Below, piece by piece: positions 54,165 to 64,000 of a stretch of DNA of 64,000 bases. A model generated the notes under the pieces. That model was not told the origin of the DNA, did not search any database, and saw only the letters and a list, made by a program, of their open reading frames with translations. Numbering within the stretch: the first letter of the stretch is position 1; every line of letters starts with the position of its first letter. Both the position numbers and the translations under genes were made by a program. Source of the DNA: the human T2T-CHM13v2.0 reference genome, Homo sapiens; NCBI RefSeq assembly GCF_009914755.1, contig NC_060932.1. The stretch is one strand, 5' to 3'.

Positions 54165-57100
54165 GGACCCTTAGTTCTGAGATACTACAAATATACCTTC
54201 TTGCAAGTTACTTATTAAAATATATTTTCCAGGGTGCTGGCATAATTCCAGAAAACAGTTTGTCTATCTTGGCTCTCAAAGTCTGAAATTAATGTTTAAA
54301 CTAAAACCTTACCTTCTCTAAACATAATGGAAAGACCTAGATTATTTTTAAAATCTTCTTTGTAATCTTAGAAGAAACTATCAATTTAACCACATCATTT
54401 GTAACTACCAACTTAAATGTTATAAGGTGATGAATCCCTTGTATAATGAAAAATCTCTCAACTACTGAATGTTTGCTCGATGGGTTTAATATGATGGTGA
54501 ATTTTGGGAGAAGAATATATAAATATGTACACACATTTTAAATATGTATACATTATATTAGATTGAAATACATATATATCTGCACCAACTTAGGAGTATC
54601 TGAAAGTTTTTTGTTTTCATTTGGGGCACATACTTAACTGAATTCTTCTTATCCTCTAATGTTTTTTGGTTGAGTCCCAGGAAAAATAACAAGAAAAACT
54701 AATCAACAACAACGACGACAAACCCAACCACACAAAAAACTTCGGGAATGAATAATTTAACCAAAATATTAGATACAACTCTTATACTAGCACTGCCTTG
54801 ACAACAAGTCAGGATCGCTCATATTTTTAAGTTATAATTTCATTACCTACAGTACCAGGCTCCTCTGTCAAATAAGGCTTTATTACAGGGCTATTATGTA
54901 ATTCAATTCATGGCTTAAAAATGTCTCCTATGTCTGGAAAACCTAATTGGAATGGTACTGTCCTTGCCTCTTGGTAAGAAATCATTAAACTGGAATTCAG
55001 TAACCCGATTTTATTTTAAAAATAATATAGCGCATTTTTATTCAGTTTTTGAAATACCCTTCTAAGCTTTTGAGTGATTTAACCAGTCTTCTTTCTTATG
55101 CCCTGGGACCTTATGTTGACCTGAAGTTTAAGTTATGAAGGAGGTGTCTTATCTTCTGTTGTTACTTGAGCCTCTACAACCTCTCTCAAAAGCCCATTTT
55201 TCCCGTCCCTTAGCCATCTCCTGGCAAGAAGCCCCACTCCCTGCCATTTGCCACTTGTTCTGGGCTATTTTAATTCTGGACAAGTTGTGGTAGTAGGCTA
55301 TATTTAAATTGGCCTGCTCTGCGAAGAAACACGGCAAATGCATGTGGCACCTTTTCCCTTTTTGACATAATCCAATTGTGCTCTGGCTCTGAATCAAGCT
55401 GTGAGATTCTGTACCACACACCCTGGCTTGACTCCCACTCCCCGCTTCCTAGGTGTTTACCACCCAATAGGTGGGGCAGTGGGCGTTTTCTGGGAGAAAT
55501 GAGCCATGGCAGGGACTGTAGAGCAGTCACCAAAAACTTAAGAGACTGAATTGAGAAACGTGAACAATAATGAAAGGAAAAGTAAAGATGCTTTCTGGCT
55601 CCAGCTGAGCACGGCTGGAATATTTATAGAATAATTTTTTCAAAGACCAATTTCCAGATATAAATTTTGTAAGGTATAATACATTTACTGAGAGAAGCTT
55701 ACAAGAAACTGCACGCACATAAAAAAGCCAGCTTTCTCATGTTTCTGAGCTTTTAGATGTGGACGTTCTAAGAACATTTGGTTCTAAGCTGCACCTCCCT
55801 TTTGCCTCCTCCACTGCCATTAGTTTAGACACGTCTGTGCTAGACAGAGGGTATAAGCTCTTACCTGGAGTTATACTGTTGCTTCGAGAAGAAAAATAGG
55901 TCAGAAATGCCCTGAATCATTAAAAATTACATAAAATGTACAAAACACCTTTCTAGAGAACAGCTGTTGAGGGCTTGTAAACTTTCACAGTTCAAAGTTG
56001 ACCTAAAGCCAGAATTATCCCTCTATCATGAAAAATCAGAAGACAGTTAACTTTTGAGGAAATATTTTACATGTCTAGGACTTTTGCCTAAAGACCTAAC
56101 ACACATGATGCTGATATTAACATCTTCACTTTGCTGGCAGTGGAATTAAAATCCAGCTTAAATTATATGATCATATTCACCTAGCAGATCTGGAGGAATT
56201 TTAGTATAGAAACCAAGGTTTCGGCCTATTTACTTTTAAGATGTTTATTTTGCCTGCCTGGGCTATGAGAATTTTCCTACTGTCAGCCAAATTTTTATTT
56301 GATTTTTTGCTGAATAAACATTACTACCCAAGCAAGTAGTAAATAACAGACTGGGCTTTTGTTTTCTGGAATAAGCAGGAAAACCATCTTAGAAATGTTA
56401 AGTTAAAAAAAAGTCTTCATCCACCTAGACTTGAATTAATTCAAAGCCACTTTTAAATGTCCCTAACACAGGAGGGACCATTCACAGACTATTTGGTTAC
56501 ATGTAGTCAGGGATACAGACTTTCAAACTTATCTACATAGTAGCAAAACAGAGATGAAGAAAATGGATCAAAACAGAGATGTCTGTTTTTACTGGAGGGC
56601 ACATGTTACTGAATATAATTACGCTTTGAATATCATGAAAACACAACCCCAAATAAATCCCATGTTACCCTTAGTGCTCTGAGCTTTCAGAGAGCGAATT
56701 CCAGATTTCAATAAACAAGATGTCATCTTCTTTCCTGAATGCCTTCCCAAGCTCTCTGGTATTCTTTTAAGTAAGAAAATTACCTAAGGTCTTCTTAGTT
56801 TTTCTTTTCTTTTTCTAAGATGTTTCTTTAAGCTCATTCTTAAAGCCAGCATGACAACGAAAAATGTGAGCGGCTCTTTCACCGTAACTATGCAGAACTG
56901 CACTTGGCAAGAGGTTGTGTATTCACTAATCTGGATCAAGAACCTGCCTTGGAAGCCCACTGTGGCTACATCACAACAGACAATGGGAGCATAACGTCCT
57001 TAAAGGAACTTCCAATCCTTTAATGTAACAGTCATCAGTTTTTCTTCACAGAACAAGGATATGAGGCAGACACACTTCCCCACCCCCTGCTCTGAGAATG

Positions 57101-58814
57101 GGGAGAAAGGTTTCTGAGTCCTCTTTCTTACGTCAGAATCAAATCAGGAAAGAGACCAATTCTGGCCTTAAAAAACAATCTAAGTGGTTATTATTGAGCT
57201 TTTAAAAATATTTTTAAAAATATTCCTAATTATGGTTCGAATTTGATTATATTGTATGCTTCCCTGTAATATTATCAACTAGAAGCACACATATAGCTCA
57301 TACATGCTCTAAGATTTAAATGAATGAAAGGGTTATGGGTCATTATTTCTAGGAATAAGAGGGTAAAGGAGAAGTTAAGAGAAAGTGTATATTCTTTTAA
57401 GGAGGCCAGGAGAGAAACTAACATTAAATGGACACATAAAACCATAGGTGTTGGGAGCTGGAAAAAAGGGGCACAGGTCAAGGTTTTTAGGTAAAAGAGT
57501 CGTGACAGATGGAACAGGTCCCAGATGTCTACACTAGCCATAGGACCGTGCTCCACTCATCCTGAACAACAGGTTGATCTGAGGCTGTGAAGGCAGGAGC
57601 AGGGAGATGACCTGTGAACTCTGCCCTTTGTAACATGGAGGTCAAGTCCCAGGTTCTCGCCTCTATGTGGCAGTAACAGGACAATATATAAAGGAGAGTG
57701 GCAGACTCTTCCTAGTCAATGATTTGCAACCTATAAAGTACTACCATTGCAAAAATATAAATACCTGGGATACACTGACGATATTAAGTCAATCAAGTAA
57801 GTATTGACAATAATGATAATTACTGTTAACACCGAGTGCTTATTATATGCCAGGTTTAACTAGCATTATCTGAGAAGTTTCTGCATAACATCTGTCATCT
57901 ACCTTGGGCCACCAGTTGGTGAGTGGCGGAAGCAAGGGTGACCTGAAGGTAAGAACTGCACATGCACACCTGCATCCCACCCCACTGTCCTAGTCGAGCT
58001 GTAGATTTTTCCTATGGTGGTCTTTCTGTCCATTCTGTCTGTAAATCCTTGGTTTTCCACATCATCTGAATTAATAAAAGATGAACATTTTCTTCCAAAT
58101 GACTTTTTAAAATTTTTCTCAAATCAATATATACAGTTCTCCTTATTGTATGAGTTGATTCTTGCATATAATGACCTTTTAAGAGATGAAGTTTTTAGTT
58201 TAAATAAGAGTATAATCGACCATACCATGTAACAAGTGATTGTTAGCTACACTAGTTTTTCACATTATTTTACTTAAAGATAAAAAACTTACGAAGTTTC
58301 AACATCTCCCTTAAGCCCTTGTAAGATGTTGAAGTGTTGCCAGTGTTGTTTGTTCTCTTTCACTGAGGTTTCAGCAGGTGATGCAGGCCAAACCCGCTCT
58401 AGCAAGCACTTTGTGATCTTGGGGTGGCATATGAAGCCCTCTGCCTGCAAAGCCACCCTGAGGCCACACTTGCCATCCCATCCTGGTCCCCGCTGTGCTC
58501 CCGCCATCTGGAGGCCCTCACTGTTCCCTTCCCACCCACTGCCCTCGGCATGTCCTTAGCTGTCTTGGCACCTGTAATATTTGGCATTGAAAAGCCGGCT
58601 ACCTCAATCTACAGCATATTGTTACAACCACAGCATACCTGCAATCCTTGGATTAGATAAGCATAATGGAATTTTAGTCTCCCTGGACTACAGATGTAGA
58701 CACATTATTTAGGATTCACAGACTTCAGAAGTGGCAAACTCAAAGTCCCTCTTACATCATATTGGAACACAGCCAAAGTTGAGTTTCTTGCTGTTTGTCC
58801 AATCCATTTCTATG

Positions 58815-58970
58815 GTGGTTAAAAGCATGGGTTCTGGAATCAGACTGCCTGGATGTGAATCAGCTCTCACCACTCACTAGCCTGTAACCCAGGGTAAGTT
58901 ACTTAGCCTCACTGTGCCTGAGTTTCTTATCTGTGAAACGTGAATAGTGGTAGAACCCACCTCTTAGGGC
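58815..58970 (+). mobile_element. MIR SINE
   Basis: GTGGTTAAAAGCATGGGTTCTGGAATCAGACTGCCTGG...AAGTTACTTAGCCTCACTGTGCCTGAGTTTCTTATCTGTGAAA. Confidence 0.8.
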
Positions 58971-59325
58971 TAGACGAGGCTCACAGATGTATACATAAAT
59001 CCTAACAACAGAAAATACAGGCAATGCTGGGCAAAGAATGAGCATTCAATGGCATGCAGAGAATATTTATCCATTTGATTAATAACTTAAAAATAAGTTT
59101 CTAAATAAGTAATATATTCACATGGCTCAAAGATATATTAAAAAAAACAGGAAGAGTCTCCCATTCACCCTGATATCAACCCAGCCATAGCTAACCAGTG
59201 TTGCTTTTTTTGTTGTTGTTAAGCAAAAGGATTTTCCCAGAGTTTTAAGTATATACAAGAAAATATGAATATAAAATCCTATTTCCCATTTCTAAACAAA
59301 AAGAGGCAATATATGTGATATTTAT

Positions 59326-59923
59326 TGATATGGTTTGGCTGTGTCCCCACACAAATCTCATCTTGAATTCCGATGTGTTGTGGGAGGGACCTGGTGGGAG
59401 GTAATTGAATCATGGGGGCAGGTTTTTCTCATGCTGTTCTCGTGATAGTGAGTAAGTCTCATGAGATCTGATGGTTTTAAAAAGAGGAGTTCCCCTGCAC
59501 AAGCTCTGTCTCTTTGTCTGCTGCCATCCATGTAAGACATGACTTGCTTTTCCTTGCCTTCCACCATGATTGTGAGGCTTCCCCAGCCATGTGGAACTGT
59601 AAGTCTAATACATGGCACTGTCTTTCCCATAGCCAGGATTCACTGGTCCAGAAATCAAGCAGGGGAAGTGGAAGAGGCCCCACTCACCATCACCCTTAGT
59701 GATCCACTAGCAAAATTTTTGCTTCCTGTTCCCGTGACATTACATTCTGCTGGCCTAGAGGTCTTAGTTCCAGAAGGAGGAATGCTGCCACCAGAAGACA
59801 CAACAATTCCATTAAACTGGAAGTTAAGATTGCCACCTGCACACTTTGGGTTCCTCCTACCTTTTAGTCAACAGGCTAAGGGAGTTACAGTGTTGGCTTG
59901 GGTGATTGACCCGGACTAATGCA
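59326..59923 (+). mobile_element. THE1B-like solo LTR (59326-59609 plus terminal 59912-59923) containing a HERV-L segment
   Basis: Starts TGATATGGTTTGGCTGTGTCCCC, runs to GTGGAACTGTAAGTC, and ends CGGACTAATGCA; flanks TTTAT and CTTAT form a 5-bp TSD with 1 mismatch. Confidence 0.85.
59603..59918 (+). mobile_element. HERV-L internal fragment (integrase end / dUTPase N-terminal part)
   Basis: Translates as GTVFPIARIHWSRNQAGEVEEAPLTITLSDPLAKFLLPVP...GLEVLVPEGGMLPPEDTTIPLNWKLRLPPAHFGFLLP...GVTVLAWVIDPD, matching ERV-L pol/dUTPase including the dUTPase motif-3-like (G)VIDPD(Y). Confidence 0.85.
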
Positions 59924-60213
59924 CTTATGTACCTTTGTAAAATGCTACCAGAAACAGTAACCAAGCTTAAGGTAATACGTTGTGCCAAACTCCTTTTCCC
60001 TTCATGAGCGATGACAGAGAAATAGGACAGCAGAGACTTAATGGGGTGCTGGTCAAAGACTTGGATTTGGGTCCTGTTCTGCCATTTGTAAGCTGTGTGA
60101 CTCTGGCAGACCACTTAAAAGTCTTGGAGATGTGGAAGTGGTATTGCCAACATGTTTGTATGGGAATATAATTAGGGATATGTGTAAGTTTTGTAAATTA
60201 TGAAGCAAGACAG

Positions 60214-60280
60214 ACACACACACACACAGAAACACACACGCACACGTGCGCGCACACACACACACGCATACACACACACA
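60214..60280. repeat. Compound (CA)n/(CG)n microsatellite
   Basis: Almost uninterrupted alternating purine-pyrimidine tract including CACGTGCGCGCAC. Confidence 0.9.
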
Positions 60281-62104
60281 GCATCATTTTAAGTTAGAAG
60301 CTGCCACAACCCACAAGGCCACTCTTTCCACTCTGGAAACACTGGTATGTGGCTGTGGAAACACCATGTCCCTATTTCTGATTCAGTATCTGGCTGGCCA
60401 GAGGACATTTCTTGTCTAGGGTCCCAAGGCTCTACCATTCCTTGAGAAACAAAGACCTGGTGTGAGGTGGACTCTGACTTAGCTCAACTTTGTTCAACAT
60501 TTCCCATATGGATCCAATTTCTTTGGGAGCTGAGCTAAAATGTTGTCAACAGTAATTTTTACCTAATGCTAGGCTTAAGGTTTGAAAATAAACAAGAGGT
60601 AAATTGGGAAGTGGAGCAGAAGATGACATCAAAGACTTCCCAGCAGTTTTTACTTCCTCGGAAGCAACACAACCTGCTTAGTCCTAAAACCAGGGCTGCC
60701 AGACTTTATTCCCTCCGTGTTCCTGACACTGGCAGCAGCTGGGATCTTAGGTTCCTAGGGGGCTGAGCATGGGTGGAGTAGCAGCTCTGCATAGGGGCTT
60801 AAGAGAATGGATTCCTTCTACTGCAGACTCCTCACTACTTAGGCCTAGGGCCTTCTATCTACCTGTGATATATTCGTTTCCTCATTTGTAAAATTAAGGG
60901 GTGAGAAATACCGCAATTCCAATTCACTTCTTATACAAAAATCTAACATATTCTCTCCCCTTGCTATAAAAGCAGATAAAAGTGTGTATGTTCTGGCTTA
61001 CAGTTACCCATCTTCACCCCTTGGCTTTCCCCTGCCTCCAACAACAGCCCTTCAATAAAACCTAAGAATTCTGAGGAACACAGTTTGAAAACCACTGGAA
61101 AACTAAAGAGTTCTAAAGTTCCCTTCAACTTGAATATTCGATAGTTGTGGTAGCTGCATTTTATTTTTAAATAAATTCATTTATTTGTATAAATAAAAAC
61201 TAGACCTCTTGTTATTTAGTGATGATAGTCTTCATATTAAATTTGAATTTTTTTGCTTTGGTAAATAAGCATAGAGGTATCAGATTCAACAAAGGAGAGG
61301 CAAATATACCTTCTAACTAAACTTTCCTATCATTTGAATGATAAAGAATCTTAAATAATGGACTATGCACAGCAATGAAATCTGTAGTAAGTAAAAAATG
61401 AAGTTATATGTATTTGTAACTGTAGATTGCAAAGTCTAGCAATAGATGTTTATGTATATTAACATAACACTCGAGGATTAATAGTTGATTATTTTTATAA
61501 GTGCATGGTAGGAGGCATCATAATAGAACCATACAGGGTGCAAAGTACAAATATCCCTAATGGACTGGGCAAAAGGTATCACCTCCTCAGCTGTGAGGTG
61601 GTGAAAACTTGGGGGACTTTGCCATCCTCATGGGTAAGAACTCATTATGTGCAGAAATGGCCATTTTAAATTTGACTTCCAAGAACTGGTCTACTCTTCA
61701 GCAAAGCAGACAGATGGTTCACATAATATTGGTTTTTAATTTTTGATTATTCTACTGACACATTCACCTTTCTTATTAGTGATGAAATGAATGGAGGTGG
61801 GAAGGAAGAAGGGAGGCAGGAAGGGAAGGAACAGCACAGAGAAAAGTGGATAACAGGGAAACTGAGGAGGAAAGGAAAGACGGCGACACATTGTCTACTG
61901 TGGATTCAGCACACCAGAGGGTAACTAACCAGAAGACATTTTAGAGTTAAATTTAACATCAAAAATCTATCTTAAGTTCTCAAAAATGTGGAAATTAAAA
62001 ACTGAATATTTATATAAGACTATAGCATGCATGAAAATATACACTCAAATAATACACACATATCATACTGCCTGCCTTGCAATTACGGAGCATCTATATT
62101 TTAG

Positions 62105-62295
62105 GAACTTTGCTAAGCACTTTATGAACAAATCATTATGCTGGACTCTCACAACAGTTCTGCAAGGTTATTATTCGCTCTACTTTATGTATAAGGAAAT
62201 ATGCTCCAGCAGGTAATGGTTTGTCCAAAGTACACACCAATAAACAGCAGAATCAGGACTAAACCTGAGTGTGTTCAATGACTCAGCTCATGTTC
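62105..62295 (-). mobile_element. MIR SINE (diverged)
   Basis: TGCTAAGCACTTTATG...CTCACAACAGTTCTGCAAGG...TTGTCCAAAGTACACA. Confidence 0.55.
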
Positions 62296-63800
62296 TTTCC
62301 TCCGCGTGGTTCTGTCTTTCACCTGGAAATAATTAAAATGTTATGGGGAAATATCTGCCAACTTGTGCTACTTGTTTGCTTATTTTACTGGTTCTTGTGT
62401 TTAAGTCTTAAACAACTTAAACTTTTGTATTTAAAGTCTTAAAATGAACTTTCACTAAATTGATCTTTCAGATAAAGAAGATTTTTATCAATTCTGCAAG
62501 CTACAGATAAAACTAATAATCAACTGGAAATTAACTAGCATTGCTAAACCAGCTCTGCTTACTGTTATCCTCCCTGGATCAGAATGTTACCAGTGGTTAC
62601 TTGGACATGTAAGTCTTGCCTTAATATAGTAGGAGCAAAAATCCTACTGATCCCTCAGTGAGACAGTTTGGTTAAGAGTGACGAAAATACTAAGTGGACA
62701 GATGTGTCTACCCAATTATTTCAGTTGGACAGACCTAGCCTTAGTACCCAACACACATTTTGAAATAGCCTCGTACTTTTTAAGAAACAAGTTACTATGG
62801 ACAACTTTCTAACTAATGTTTGATATGAACATTTCATTTTCATGAGAGTCTGTAAAAGATGCTAAGAGTTCTGATTGCAGGGAATCCAAACTCCAAGCCT
62901 GGGGATCACTGTGATGTGTTCCAGATTCATTCTCATCTGTCCTGTGTGGTTAGTGGGAGCTACCCCAACCCTGACCTGACTCATTCCACAACTATCCCCT
63001 CACATTCATACTTCTGTGATCTTAGGTCATGGGATAAATCTTCTTGGATTTCCCCCTCCCACACCCTGCCCTTTTCTTACAATCACTGGTACCACCCACT
63101 GCCAGCCTCTTCCTTCCCAGGAGAGCTGAATGGCAGCCACCTTTGACATTATAACAGACTGGAAGATGGGAAAAGGCTACACAGAAATGACCAAACTGGC
63201 TCTCGGAAACACGCTTAAGAAGCTGTCTAATCCAACCTGAGTTTAGGAGACTTTCCAAATGTTCCATAGTTCCCTGTGTTGGAAGGATCACTATGCATCA
63301 GGCATTACATAAGATCCAGCTCATACATGAACCTACCTAATCCTTTTGATTTCCCTATCAGTATCCTAAAGTTATTGATGAAGACACCAAGGATCAGGGA
63401 AGTTAATTTACTTGCCCAAGTTGGAGTCAAGACTTTGCCTGACCCCAAAGCATGTGTTCTTCCCACACTCCACTACCTTAAATCACTGAGATATTCACTG
63501 AGTGTGAAAAAGATTAGTCCCCCTTGCATGCCTACTAGTCTAGACCTTCCACCAAGTTTTCCCTATCAAAGACCCAAAGCTGTTATTCAAAAGATGTGTG
63601 AATATTTTATTCTAAAATATTACACTCGGAGCGATCTGCCCAACCACAGAATGTATTCCATACCCTATTGGAAAGCTTTAAGTTTTTTTCTGTGCCATTA
63701 GGATAGAGATGTCACGAATATGCATGCTGAGGTGGGCACCAACAGTCTTTTCAACTGCAGGAAAACATTTTAAATTAAGAGTTTTAGAATGTATATATTT

Positions 63801-64000
63801 GAAAATAAGCCAAGCACAGAAAGGTAAATACCACATGGTTTCATTCTTTTGCGGAAGCTGAAAAAGTTAATCTCATAGAAGTAGAGAGTAGAATAGTGGT
63901 TAACAGAGGTGAGGAAAGTTAGGAGGGAGATGAGGATAGCCAGAGGAGGTTAACTGAGGCAAAATTACAGCTAGGTAGGAGAAATACATTCTAGTGTTCT
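63801..64000 (+). mobile_element. L1MA 3' region (runs off the window)
   Basis: GAAAATAAGCCAAGCACAGAAAG...ATCTCATAGAAGTAGAGAGTAGAATAGTGGTT...AAAATTACAGCTAG. Confidence 0.8.

Noticed and set aside
54300-55960. Isolated strong minus-strand donors (AAG|GTAAGG near 54311, CAG|GTAAGA near 55865) as extra JPH1 exons
   Set aside because: No convincing paired acceptor or junctophilin-like frame; such motifs are frequent in long introns.

Overview
Primate genomic DNA, very probably human, because it carries an Alu with all six AluYg6 diagnostic bases. The window holds the 3' half of junctophilin-1 (JPH1) on the minus strand: coding exons at 40645-40763, 25789-26435 and 18483-18563 (C-terminal membrane anchor), a probable 172-nt intron in the 3'UTR, and tandem poly(A) signals near 16.0-16.1 kb. 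The upstream MORN-repeat exons lie beyond the window end. The rest is intronic or downstream sequence rich in retroelements: Alus, a full-length THE1A MaLR provirus, L1 fragments, MIR/L2 and Tigger4/MER30 DNA transposons. The most unusual structures are three. (1) A THE1B solo LTR whose R/U5 part is replaced by a ~310-bp HERV-L integrase/dUTPase segment with microhomology at both junctions, which looks like a fossil MaLR-to-ERV-L template switch. (2) A tail-less internal L1 ORF2 fragment flanked by a 16-bp target-site duplication, into which a second L1 inserted; the two L1s share non-consensus variants. (3) A strong 3' splice site only 53 nt after the JPH1 exon-4 donor. Repeat subfamily calls come from remembered consensus sequences and need RepeatMasker/Dfam confirmation. 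Most short ORFs in the supplied track are not genes.
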